A stretch of 56,477 nucleotides of DNA, counting the filler, from Nitrospirota bacterium (GTDB taxonomy: Bacteria > JACPQY01), in NCBI GenBank assembly GCA_016180645.1. It is 2 parts of 2 records of this genome, joined end to end, with 100 filler letters (N's around TTAATTAATTAA, not from the genome) between each part and the next. Parts side by side here need not be neighbours in the genome. Positions count along the whole stretch, not along the records: positions 1 to 29,407 come from JACPAV010000043.1; 1 more part is not named here. One strand, 5' to 3'. Position 1 is the stretch's first letter; each line of letters starts with the position of its first letter. The notes beneath the pieces were generated by a model. That model was not told the origin of the DNA and made no database searches. It saw only the letters and a list, made by a program, of their open reading frames with translations. Positions 9,314-18,823 of the stretch are shown piece after piece. The translations under genes were made by a program, and so were the position numbers.

Positions 9314-10543
9314 CTACTCGACGCCGATGTGGCGGAGGGTGTTGATGTACCGGTGGATACCCTCGGCGATCCCTCGCGCCACCGCTTCCTGATACTTCTC
9401 ATCCCGCAGTCGCTTGGCCTCAGTGGGGTTCGTGATGAAGGAGGCTTCGATCAGCACACTCGGCATGTTCGCCGTGAGCACAAAGAAAGGCGCGTGTTTG
9501 GCTCCAAGATCCTTGGCGTCCGGCGCAATCTTGCGGACGGACTTGATGATCGATTTCTGTACGAGGGGCGCGAGAAGCGATGACTCGTTGATGAGCTCCG
9601 TGCGCGCCAAGTCTCCGAGAATCACTTCCAGATCGCTCATCTTGTCCTCGCTCATCTGGTTTTCACGCGCGGCGACGATCCTCGACTCCTCATCACTGTA
9701 TGTGAAGTTCAACGAGTAGGTGGCGATCCCCGACACGTGCCGTTGGGGATTCGCGTTCAAATGGATCGATACGAAAAGATCCCCTTTCAGGGCCTCTCCC
9801 TTGGCCGTCCGTTCTTCCAAAGGCAGGAATTCATCTTGGTCCCGGGTCAGAACGGCCTCCAATTTCAGATCTCGCTTGATCGCCTCCCGGAGCTTCCGGG
9901 CCAGAGCGAGCGCGACCGCCTTCTCCCTCAGCCCCTTGTGGCCGATGGCGCCGGGGTCCTTTCCACCGTGTCCGGCATCGATGACGATACGCCGGATTTT
10001 CAGTCCCGCGCTCTGGGCGATGGAAACGGAATCGGACGAGGGGTCTTTCACCGCGCGCGCCGGTTTTTCTGCGGGGGCCGATCCGTCCACGCCGTTGCGA
10101 AGGTCCATGACGATCCGATACGGGTCCGGCAGCGCGAACACATCGGCGCGCACGTGCCCCTTCAAATCCAGCACGATCCGGGCCGTGCGGTCATCAAACT
10201 GACTCATCCGAATGGTCGTGACGAGGCTGTCCTTCACGGGCATCGTCGTCCGCATCTGCGAGGGGATTTGAGTCTCCCGGATGTCGATGTAGATCCGGAG
10301 CGGCTTGGAGGCCGCGGGATCGGCGGCGAGTTCGTGAACCTCATATCGCGCCTCGGCCGACAGATCCAGCACCACTCGCGTGTAGTCGGGCTTCGCCCAG
10401 AATCGGACGTCCTCCACCGTGATCCGGCGGACCTCTTCAGCGCGGGCGGAAGAACCGACGGGACCCGTCACGCAGGGAAAATTCATCCCCAGGATCGTGC
10501 CGGCCAGGACGAGCCAGCGGATTCGTTTCGGTCGGGTGCTCAT
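9314..10543 (-). CDS. amiC: N-acetylmuramoyl-L-alanine amidase (AMIN + Amidase_3), AmiC-like
   Basis: Signal peptide, AMIN-type 'YTRVVLDL', then 'IVIDAGHGGKDPGA', 'FVSIHLNA' and 'PSVLIEASFITN'. Confidence 0.9.
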   Translation of the reverse strand: MSTRPKRIRWLVLAGTILGMNFPCVTGPVGSSARAEEVRRITVEDVRFWAKPDYTRVVLDLSAEARYEVHELAADPAASKPLRIYIDIRETQIPSQMRTTMPVKDSLVTTIRMSQFDDRTARIVLDLKGHVRADVFALPDPYRIVMDLRNGVDGSAPAEKPARAVKDPSSDSVSIAQSAGLKIRRIVIDAGHGGKDPGAIGHKGLREKAVALALARKLREAIKRDLKLEAVLTRDQDEFLPLEERTAKGEALKGDLFVSIHLNANPQRHVSGIATYSLNFTYSDEESRIVAARENQMSEDKMSDLEVILGDLARTELINESSLLAPLVQKSIIKSVRKIAPDAKDLGAKHAPFFVLTANMPSVLIEASFITNPTEAKRLRDEKYQEAVARGIAEGIHRYINTLRHIGVE

Positions 10544-13161
10544 TCCGAGTCCCGCGACTGTTTCACGAGACGGGATAGAATTTCAAACGCTTCGAGCGGT
10601 GTGAGCTTCTCGATCTGCATCCTTTGCAGTTGAGTCCGAATCGCGTCCGGAGGGGAAGCGGGGGCCGAGGATCCGGAAAAGAGATCGAACTGGGGCTGCA
10701 CCTCCTTCGAGCGTTGCTGCTCGTAGGCGAAGAGGAGCGTCTTGGCCCGGCTGATGACTTCCTCCGGAACTCCCGCGAGCCGCGCCACCTGAACCCCGTA
10801 GCTCTTGGATGTTCCGCCCTCCCGGACCTTGTGAAGAAAAATGATCCGGTTTCCCCACTCCTTGACGCTGACGTGGACATTCCGCGCTCCCTCCCGCTCC
10901 TCCCCCAGGCGCACCAGTTCGTGGTAGTGCGTGGCAAAAAGGGAGCGGGCCTTCACCCGGTCCAGGAGGTGCTCCGCCGTGGCCCACGCGATGGCAACCC
11001 CATCGTAGGTGCTCGTCCCGCGGCCGATTTCATCCACGAGAACCAAGCTCCGATCCGTGGCCTGGGTGAGAATCTCGGCGATTTCTTCCATCTCCACCAT
11101 AAACGTCGAGCGACCACCGGCGAGATCGTCGCTCGCCCCGATGCGGGTGAAGACGCGATCGACAATCCCGATCGTGGCCTCCTGGGCCGGCACAAAGGAA
11201 CCCATCTGGGCCATGATGACTTGGAGCGCCGTCTGCCGCATGAACGTGGACTTCCCCGCCATGTTCGGCCCGGTGATGATCAGCATGGCGGGCTGATCCC
11301 CTCCGAGGGCAAGATCATTTTCGATGAAAGGATCCTTCGTCAGGAGTTTCTCGATGACGGGGTGCCGCCCACTCACAATCTTCAGCACGGGTCGATCGGC
11401 CAGCTTCGGCCGGACGTACCGCCGCTCTTCCGCCAACTCAGCGAGACTCAGCAGCGCGTCCACGGTCGCGAGGATTTCGGCCATCGCCTTCAGCCGATGA
11501 CCGTGCGCGGCGAGACCCGATCGCAGCTCGTCGAAAAGTTGCTGCTCCAGGGCGCGCGCCTTCTCTTCGGCCCCCAGGATCCGGTTTTCCATCTCCACCA
11601 ATGATTCGATCTTGAATCGCTCGGCCCCGCCCAGCGTCTGTTTCCGCTGGTAGTCCGCCGGCACGCGGCCGAGATGCGACTTCGTCACTTCCAGCAGGTA
11701 CCCAAACACTTGGTGATACTTGACCTTGAGTGTTGGGATCCCCGTTCGCACCCGCTCGGTGCGCTCCAATTCCAGGAGCCATTTCTGGCCGTTTTCGACG
11801 GCGGTTCGCAGTTCGTCCAAGGGAGCGTGGTATCCCGCCCGAAAGACACCGCCATCTTTCGCCAGGGAAGGGGGGTCATCCACGACGGCCCGATGGAGCA
11901 GCGCGGCCAGGTCGCGCCCCTCGTCCAGGCGTGCGGCAAGGTTGCGGATCAGGGGAGACGTCCACGAGTCGAGTTGACGCCGGACCTCGGGCAGGCGGTC
12001 GAGGGATTGGCGCAGGGCGACCATCTCCCTGGGAAGGCTCTGAGCGAGGGCGTTTCGGGCGTTCAGTCTCTCGAAGTCGCACAATTCGGACAGAAGGGAT
12101 CGAATGTCCCGGCGTTCATCCTTTCGGCGAAGCCCCTCATCCACTGCGTCATAGCGGCTCTCGATGACGGCCACGTCGATCAACGGATACAGCAGCCATT
12201 CCATGAGTCGCCGTTTGCCCATGGGGGAGACCGTGCGATTCATGATGTCCCACAGAGTGTTCCGCGTCCCGCGATCTCGCAGGTTGGCCGTGAGCTCCAG
12301 GTTCCTGACGGTCGTGTCATCCAACCGGAGGAAGGCGGGCAGTGAATAGGGCTCGGGACTGCCGATGTGGGGCGGGATGGCGAAGTGATGCCGGCGGAGG
12401 TAGTGGAGGCACAGGCCCGCGGCACTTCTCTGAAGTGGACTGAGAGCGGAAGGTTCCCCGCCATCGAGATTCCTGGGATCGTCGTTTAATTCGATGAGCG
12501 CCAGGTTGCTGGGATGGGCGAGCCAGTCCCTCGATACTCTCCGGATTTCGTCGATCCAACCGGTTTCCGTTGAGTCTGTTTTTCGGACAATGACTTCCGG
12601 CGGTTTGGAACGGAGGATTTCAGACAGGACGTCGCGGAGGTTTCCGGTATCCGCGACCTTGAAATCGCCCGTTGTGAAATCCAGCTTGGCCAGGCCGAAG
12701 ACCATCTTTCCCTTCTCGGTTTCGGCATGAACGGCGAATAGATACCGGTGCTCGCCCGATTCAAGGAGGCTCTCCTCGACCGAAAGCCCCGGCGTGAGGA
12801 TGCGCACGGGCTCGCGCCTGAGAAGGGCGCGCCCGGATTTCGCCGTCGGCTGCTCCGTTTGTTCGCAGACGACCACCTTGTGGCCCTTGGAAAGAAGGCG
12901 GCTGATGTATTGGGAAGAGGAATGCCATGGAACACCGCAGAAGGGGACGTCTTCGTCCTTGTTCTTGGCTCGGCTCGTGAGTGCGATGCCCAGCTCTTTG
13001 GAAGCGAGCTGGGCATCCTCGAAAAACATCTCGTAGAAGTCGCCCATGCGGAAGAAGACGATGGCATCCTGATGGCGCTCCTTGATCTGGAGGTACTGTT
13101 GGATCATGGGGGTGACCCCACCGCCATCAGGAGATTTGAAATTTGAGATTTCAGATTTCAA
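10540..13161 (-). CDS. mutS: DNA mismatch repair protein MutS
   Basis: 'TPMIQQY', 'FFRMGDFYEMF', Walker A 'ITGPNMAGKSTFMRQ', 'DEIGRGTST', 'FATHYHEL'. Exact start is uncertain. Confidence 0.97.
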   Translation of the reverse strand: MKSEISNFKSPDGGGVTPMIQQYLQIKERHQDAIVFFRMGDFYEMFFEDAQLASKELGIALTSRAKNKDEDVPFCGVPWHSSSQYISRLLSKGHKVVVCEQTEQPTAKSGRALLRREPVRILTPGLSVEESLLESGEHRYLFAVHAETEKGKMVFGLAKLDFTTGDFKVADTGNLRDVLSEILRSKPPEVIVRKTDSTETGWIDEIRRVSRDWLAHPSNLALIELNDDPRNLDGGEPSALSPLQRSAAGLCLHYLRRHHFAIPPHIGSPEPYSLPAFLRLDDTTVRNLELTANLRDRGTRNTLWDIMNRTVSPMGKRRLMEWLLYPLIDVAVIESRYDAVDEGLRRKDERRDIRSLLSELCDFERLNARNALAQSLPREMVALRQSLDRLPEVRRQLDSWTSPLIRNLAARLDEGRDLAALLHRAVVDDPPSLAKDGGVFRAGYHAPLDELRTAVENGQKWLLELERTERVRTGIPTLKVKYHQVFGYLLEVTKSHLGRVPADYQRKQTLGGAERFKIESLVEMENRILGAEEKARALEQQLFDELRSGLAAHGHRLKAMAEILATVDALLSLAELAEERRYVRPKLADRPVLKIVSGRHPVIEKLLTKDPFIENDLALGGDQPAMLIITGPNMAGKSTFMRQTALQVIMAQMGSFVPAQEATIGIVDRVFTRIGASDDLAGGRSTFMVEMEEIAEILTQATDRSLVLVDEIGRGTSTYDGVAIAWATAEHLLDRVKARSLFATHYHELVRLGEEREGARNVHVSVKEWGNRIIFLHKVREGGTSKSYGVQVARLAGVPEEVISRAKTLLFAYEQQRSKEVQPQFDLFSGSSAPASPPDAIRTQLQRMQIEKLTPLEAFEILSRLVKQSRDSE

Positions 13162-13172
13162 ATTGCGAAGGC

Positions 13173-13835
13173 CTAGGCGTGGCCGGAGCCGTTCGTGGGA
13201 CTCGCGGAGGGCGGCGTCGAGCGTTCCCGCAGTGAAGGGAAGACCTCCATCCAGTCCTTGAGGATGGGCTCGATCTCATACTCCAAGAGATCCGCCATGT
13301 ACACTGTGTCCATGTTCTTCTGGGCCTTCTCCAACTCCCGGATATGCTCGTAAAGGCGGTTCTGTTTCGCGGTCAGCGTTTCCCCCTGGAAGTATTCGTC
13401 ATCGTAGTTCAACCGAAGGGCCACGCGCATGTTGGTCGAGAAGGAGACAAACCAGACCAGTCCATCGAGGCACTCCGCCAGGAGGCGATGGGCTGAAAGA
13501 TCTTCGCCCGAACGATATTTTTCGACGCAAACCCGAATCCCCTCACGGAGGCGGTCGAGATAGTCGAAGGCCCTGTCCAGCGCACCGACGACGGCCTCGG
13601 AAAGCGGCTCGGTTCGAAATTCTATCGATCGGACGTCCGCTGCGGGCGTCCCGGCCAACCGGGATTGGTTCTGGTCGGTGAGGTCTTCGCCATTGACCAG
13701 GATTTTTGAAACGAGGCGGTTCTTGGGGACCATCCGCCGCACGACGTCCCCGACCAACTCGTCGAGGGTGTTGAAATTATCCGGCAGGATCGATTCCTGC
13801 CGGCCGTCGATCACGATTTCCACTTCCTTGGCCAT
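13173..13835 (-). CDS. Conserved hypothetical protein (220 aa) of the maf/GT9 cluster
   Basis: ATG at 13835 with an AGGAGG SD. Reads MAKEVEIVIDG...MADLLEYEIEP. The longer ORF-track version overlaps the GT9 gene. Confidence 0.8.
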   Translation of the reverse strand: MAKEVEIVIDGRQESILPDNFNTLDELVGDVVRRMVPKNRLVSKILVNGEDLTDQNQSRLAGTPAADVRSIEFRTEPLSEAVVGALDRAFDYLDRLREGIRVCVEKYRSGEDLSAHRLLAECLDGLVWFVSFSTNMRVALRLNYDDEYFQGETLTAKQNRLYEHIRELEKAQKNMDTVYMADLLEYEIEPILKDWMEVFPSLRERSTPPSASPTNGSGHA

Positions 13836-13849
13836 GAGACCTCCTGATT

Positions 13850-15526
13850 CTAATTCTTTCTTTCTGCCAGACGGTCGAGGTACAGTTGGAGCGTTTGGCA
13901 GCGACGCTCCAGGGTTCCGAGATGAATCTGGGACATCTGCGCCCAATCGACCGCGGTTCCCCCGTAGATCCTCTCCCGCTCGAATCGATATTGTCTGAGG
14001 AGCGGTTGGAGGAGAGGATTCCGGTATCCTTCCTCCACGATCCTCTGGTCCCACTCCACGAGCTGTTTCAGCGCGGCCTCGGTTCCACCGGTGTCCGCCC
14101 CGTCTTGGAAGAGAGAAAACTCCAATTCCCTTGCGGTCTGTTGTGCGGCGCGCGACCAGTCCAGAATCCGGAGGAGGTCGTTCGGAAGGGGGGGAGAAAT
14201 CTCGCCGGCCAAGGTATTCCAGCCATACCACACGTCCACGGACTCTTTCAAATCCCGCCACCCGGCTTCCACATCCTTGAAATCGAGAGAGACTTTCCAC
14301 ATCTCGCGATACGCCAAAGACATCAGACCGTCCCGGCTCTGTTCCATCCTGCGAAGAGGGGTACAGAACAGCATGCCATCCGCATCCCTGCCGCTCCGGA
14401 AAAACGTGCAGTGTCCGTTGTAAATGGGATCGCGCGTTGGGGAGAGGCCGAGCAACAATTCCGCGCCGGTGGCCACATCCTCGGGATGAATATAGCGGTG
14501 ACACACGGTATCGCTGCACGGAAGGTTTTCCGAACATGGGGCGCACGGGATGTTCGGCTGGAGGATGAGATGCCCGGGACCGTAACCGAACGTTTCGGGG
14601 TAGTACACTGAGCCGAGGGAAATGACGACGCAGGGAACGCCCAGGCTGGAGGCGAGATGCATCGGGCCGGTGTCGTTGGTGATGAGGAGACTCGACCGCG
14701 CGAGCAGCGCCCGGGCCTGCTCCAGGGTTGTTCCGATCCCGTCCATCGTACCGGCCGGCAGGCGAGGCTTCATTTTTTCCCACAGGTCGCGCTCGGACGG
14801 GGCGCCGAGGACGAGGAAATCCAAGCCGGGCCGGCACGCAAGGAGGGCCAGCGCCTCGGCGAATTGTTCGGGCTCCCAGCGCTTTCGGTATTCGCTTGCA
14901 CCCGGCTGAACGGCAACCAATTTGTGCCCGGTCTGGAACCCATGCGATCGCAGAAAGGCATCCGCCCACGCTCGATCCGGTTCGGGAACAACCAGGGGAG
15001 GCAGGTCCTCGGGCGGACCCAGTCCGCATCCCCGGATGTACAGATCGACGATGTGAAACCGGTTCAATCTTCTCGTGGCGACCATCGTAAAGAGGTAGGT
15101 GAGCCAGTCGCCCTGAAATACGCGCCGCTGGCCCTCAACGATGACGTGCCCCAGCGTGCGGGTGGTCGGGGTCTGGAAGAAACTCATCAGGAGACCGCTG
15201 AACTTGCCGTGGCTGAGATTCACGATGAGATCGAAGGAACGGGATCGCATCTCGGCGGCCAATTCCTTGAAGTACTTGGAGCCTTCCGCGATGGGTGGTT
15301 CGGATCCGGATGGGGGGCGGAGGCGATTCAGGTCCAGAGGAACGAACTCATCCACGGGCGGCGAGAGCCAGCGGACTACTTCTCCCTTTTCCCCCTTGCC
15401 GTCCACGAAGACCGAGAGGTGCGATTCCGGATAGTTTTGCTTCACGGCCCAGTAAAACGGCAGGGCCTGGAGCTGGTCTCCCATCCGGTTCAGATTGAGG
15501 ATCAGGATCTTGTTGGGGGGGGTCAT
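13850..15526 (-). CDS. Glycosyltransferase family 9 (heptosyltransferase-like) with C-terminal extension
   Basis: 'LNRMGDQLQ', 'QPGAS..RKRW', 'LITNDTGPMHLA'. Confidence 0.88.
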   Translation of the reverse strand: MTPPNKILILNLNRMGDQLQALPFYWAVKQNYPESHLSVFVDGKGEKGEVVRWLSPPVDEFVPLDLNRLRPPSGSEPPIAEGSKYFKELAAEMRSRSFDLIVNLSHGKFSGLLMSFFQTPTTRTLGHVIVEGQRRVFQGDWLTYLFTMVATRRLNRFHIVDLYIRGCGLGPPEDLPPLVVPEPDRAWADAFLRSHGFQTGHKLVAVQPGASEYRKRWEPEQFAEALALLACRPGLDFLVLGAPSERDLWEKMKPRLPAGTMDGIGTTLEQARALLARSSLLITNDTGPMHLASSLGVPCVVISLGSVYYPETFGYGPGHLILQPNIPCAPCSENLPCSDTVCHRYIHPEDVATGAELLLGLSPTRDPIYNGHCTFFRSGRDADGMLFCTPLRRMEQSRDGLMSLAYREMWKVSLDFKDVEAGWRDLKESVDVWYGWNTLAGEISPPLPNDLLRILDWSRAAQQTARELEFSLFQDGADTGGTEAALKQLVEWDQRIVEEGYRNPLLQPLLRQYRFERERIYGGTAVDWAQMSQIHLGTLERRCQTLQLYLDRLAERKN

Positions 15527-17280
15527 GACGCCGGTCGCTGAACCCGTTCCTGCCAGAGCTGATCGAGAAGGAGGAAGACCATTTCCGTGTCGTCGAGGTT
15601 CCCTCCCTTGTTCTGGATGTCCCGCACAATGTCCTGAAATCCGATTTCAGAGCGGTCCTCATAGCGACGCAGAAAGGCGGTCAGTTCGGCGTCGCCTCTC
15701 GCCTGTTCGAGAAGGCGTTCCACCGGCGTCTGGCCCTCGAGGCGATGCGCGAAGCGGGGGTAGTCCCAGGAAAGGATCATCTCGAGGGCTTGTTGCATCC
15801 TCTTTTCGAACGAATGATCGCGGAGGGCCCGAGCCTGTGCCGCGGCGGCGATGACTCGGCGCTCTTCCGGATGTTTCAGGTAGTGATCGACCTTTTCGCG
15901 CGCCTCATCCAGCGTTGAGAAGCAGACGATCTCCTTGCCCTCTTCGAAGAGATCCGGCAGGAGTTCGCGGCGGTCCGTGATCTGGAAGGCTCCGATGGCG
16001 GCGATCTCAAAGGTCCGCGGGTTTACGAAATCTCCGTTGGGATTCACGCCGTCGTGGTACGTGGACGAGTGCAGATTGATGTTGATGTCGGAGGCGTTGT
16101 AAATTCGGACCACGTCCTCGGGGCTCAGCCAGCGGGCGTTTTCCTGCACGTGCCGGAACAGGATGGAGTTGGCGTCCCAGCCCGTTCCCCAGACCTTGAA
16201 ATCATATTGCATAAGGCCCATGAGGAATTGGCGGCGGTTGTAATAGCCCGCGCCCATGAACGAGACATCCGATCCATAGCGTGCGCGATCCTCCTCCGAG
16301 AGGTCCAGAGGTCGATGGAGCGATGGGGCGCAGGCCTGAGGCAGGTAGCCGAATCGGTGCTGAGTGGCGGAGCGGAGCTCTTCAAAAAAGGCTCCTTTCT
16401 GGATGGTGAAAAAATAGTCACACGCCGGGGCGATGGTTTTCCAGTAGGGAAAAAGCCGGAAATCCTCCACGAACCAGAACGCGGATGGGATCTTCATCTC
16501 GCGCAGCTTGGTAAAGACGCTGGGGGCCAGGGGACTTTGCGCCAGCGCGAATACGAGATCCGGCTTCCACTCCGCGCATCGTGCAAGGAAGAGGTCGGAC
16601 AGAAAAAGACAGAGCGAATTGTGGAGTTGGTTCCGGTGTCCGGGAACGGACGTCACGGTATCCACCTGGGCGAGTACATGCTCGTAGGGAGCGAAATCGA
16701 AAAGATCCACTTTGTGGCCGAGCGATCGGAACGCCTCGGCGACGTAGTAGGAGGTGCTGAGCGAACCTCCGTAGATCGGAGAGACGACGGCGATTTTTAA
16801 CCCCACCCTGCGGAGGCGGGAGTGCATTCGGAGTCGATTCAACGTCTCCATGATCATGTTGTAGAGGTCCGTGCGTCCCTTGGCGAGGCCCGGCGGGCTG
16901 AAAATGACGGCTCGCTGGGCGAAGGCCTCTCTGAGGGAATCGAGCCGGTCCAGCGACTCCCTGGAGTCGACCGAGAGAAGGGTGACGGAATTCAGTATGC
17001 CCGCGATATCGCGCGCCTCGCGCGCGAGTCCAAGAACTTCAGGATTCCATTCAATGACATGGATGTTCGGTTTGCAGCCTTTCTCGGTCGCCTTGCGCAG
17101 AAGCTGCTCAACCATGTAGCCCAGTCCGAAGCCCATCACGATGATCGGCTGAGAGGGGATCCATTCAAGGCGGTCGACCGCCTCGGTTGCTTCCCGAACG
17201 GGGTCGTACGCGCTGTGAAGGTAGGCCCCGTTGAACAGCAGTGTGGGGGCTCCGGAACGGGAAGTTTTCAGTTCAAACAT
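15523..17280 (-). CDS. CgeB/DUF3880-type glycosyltransferase fused to a Maf-like N-terminal domain
   Basis: N-terminal 'LHSAYDPVREA...GFGLGY'. C-terminal 'YLPQAC', 'DVSFMG', 'ININLH', 'VNPRTFEIAA.GAFQITD'. Confidence 0.85.
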   Translation of the reverse strand: MFELKTSRSGAPTLLFNGAYLHSAYDPVREATEAVDRLEWIPSQPIIVMGFGLGYMVEQLLRKATEKGCKPNIHVIEWNPEVLGLAREARDIAGILNSVTLLSVDSRESLDRLDSLREAFAQRAVIFSPPGLAKGRTDLYNMIMETLNRLRMHSRLRRVGLKIAVVSPIYGGSLSTSYYVAEAFRSLGHKVDLFDFAPYEHVLAQVDTVTSVPGHRNQLHNSLCLFLSDLFLARCAEWKPDLVFALAQSPLAPSVFTKLREMKIPSAFWFVEDFRLFPYWKTIAPACDYFFTIQKGAFFEELRSATQHRFGYLPQACAPSLHRPLDLSEEDRARYGSDVSFMGAGYYNRRQFLMGLMQYDFKVWGTGWDANSILFRHVQENARWLSPEDVVRIYNASDININLHSSTYHDGVNPNGDFVNPRTFEIAAIGAFQITDRRELLPDLFEEGKEIVCFSTLDEAREKVDHYLKHPEERRVIAAAAQARALRDHSFEKRMQQALEMILSWDYPRFAHRLEGQTPVERLLEQARGDAELTAFLRRYEDRSEIGFQDIVRDIQNKGGNLDDTEMVFLLLDQLWQERVQRPAS

Positions 17281-18823
17281 GACCGTCAGCCGCCTCTTGC
17301 GATTCGGTCGACCTTGCCCCACCACTCGCAACCGGCCGCGGAGCGGCCTCTTGTCCCCTCGGCCCGCCCGGCGTGCCGGTTGCGGGTGGTGGGGTGAGAC
17401 CGTAGTATTCGAACATCAGGGCCAATTCGGGGAACCGTGACTTGAGGTCCGTCAGGCTTCTTCGCAGGCGTGCATTTCGCTCTTCCGGCTTTCCGGTGGA
17501 TTCAAGGGAGGACAGTGAAGAAAATAGAAGTTGCGCGGTCTGAAGGGCCTCGACTCCGGGGCGAGGACCTTCAATGGAGTGGGGCAGCGGGGTTCCCTCG
17601 GGTCCCAGGATGCTGACCCAAAAGGCTTTGTAGAAATCGCGTTCGATGATTTCCTGCTCCGCGCCGCCGGTTGCGTATCCCAGCGTCCCGTCTTTCCAGG
17701 CCGGTACCGCGATGGCCGCCTCCGGCTGCAAGGTGCATTCAGCCGCCAGGCCGGAATAATCCCTTCCGTTTTGCGCCGATTCGATTTGGCCGCGAAGGAC
17801 ACCGAAGACCCACTCGGGGGACAGGGCGGCGTGGCAGGAGAAGTCCCGACAACAAGTCTCACCGTCCTGACAGGGATTGAAAGGAGTGGAGGCTTGGAGA
17901 ATGACGGCGTTTTCCGTCCAGGGGGCCGTCTCCACGTAATAGGAACTCCCCGTAAAGAGCGCGAGTGTGGGCACACCCGACCACGCGGCCACGTGCATGG
18001 GGCCGGTGTCCGGAGTGAGCAGGAGATCCAATTCTTCGAGCGCCTGTCCAAGCAGATGAGCGGGCGTCTCCGTGTTGAGGTCCACCCTTTCCAGATTCGG
18101 AACGAGAGATCGAATATTCTCTGCCGCGCCCCGTTCGGCGGGAGAGCCGAATAGCGTCACACGATAGGGGGTGTGTTCGTGGATCAGCTTGATGAGTGCG
18201 GCGAACGAGGCATTCGGCCATCTCTTCCGGTTGTCGCTGGCGCCCACCTGGATGCCGATTCGACCGGATGCTCGACGGGGCACCCGCGCGGGGTAGAGAT
18301 CGCGGGGTTCGGGTGCAAATCCGGCGCCGCGCATGAAGATCTCGGTGAGATTGAAGCCGTTCAGGCGTCTGTGCCGGGTGAGTGCGAGGAGATACGTGAA
18401 CCACCCTTGGTGGAGGATCCGGTGCGTGGAAGGGTCGTACCAGAACCCGCGGCGCTCGCGGCCTTTCGCGATTGAGGCGAGGATCGCCCCGGAGGGGGTG
18501 TAGTTCAGATTGCACACCATGTCGAAGGTTGTTTCCCGCAGTGGGCGGAGCCATCGTACGGCCTCGCGGAAACGCGCCGCATTCAAGATCTGCTCGGCGG
18601 GTGAGTCCCAGAATTCGGAAACGTCCAAGGGCCATGGCGTGTCCACCTCCGGAAACTCCCGGACCAGCGCCTCGTACCGTCGGTCGAACACGAGCGAGAT
18701 CTTGCACCTGGGGCGCCGGCGCTTGAGGGCGCGAAAGATCGGCACGGTTTGAATCAAATCGCCCATCCGCGCGCATTGGATGAAGAGCGCGTGGGCCGGC
18801 TTCGCGGCGGGCGTGGGGTTCAT
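17273..18823 (-). CDS. Glycosyltransferase family 9
   Basis: 'ARMGDLIQT', 'QVGAS..RKRWP', 'LLTPDTGPMHVAA'. Confidence 0.85.
   Translation of the reverse strand: MNPTPAAKPAHALFIQCARMGDLIQTVPIFRALKRRRPRCKISLVFDRRYEALVREFPEVDTPWPLDVSEFWDSPAEQILNAARFREAVRWLRPLRETTFDMVCNLNYTPSGAILASIAKGRERRGFWYDPSTHRILHQGWFTYLLALTRHRRLNGFNLTEIFMRGAGFAPEPRDLYPARVPRRASGRIGIQVGASDNRKRWPNASFAALIKLIHEHTPYRVTLFGSPAERGAAENIRSLVPNLERVDLNTETPAHLLGQALEELDLLLTPDTGPMHVAAWSGVPTLALFTGSSYYVETAPWTENAVILQASTPFNPCQDGETCCRDFSCHAALSPEWVFGVLRGQIESAQNGRDYSGLAAECTLQPEAAIAVPAWKDGTLGYATGGAEQEIIERDFYKAFWVSILGPEGTPLPHSIEGPRPGVEALQTAQLLFSSLSSLESTGKPEERNARLRRSLTDLKSRFPELALMFEYYGLTPPPATGTPGGPRGQEAAPRPVASGGARSTESQEAADGHV

Noticed and set aside
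13836..15029. 618-aa version of the hypothetical gene
   Set aside because: It overlaps GT9 in another frame, and the strong SD supports a start at 13835.
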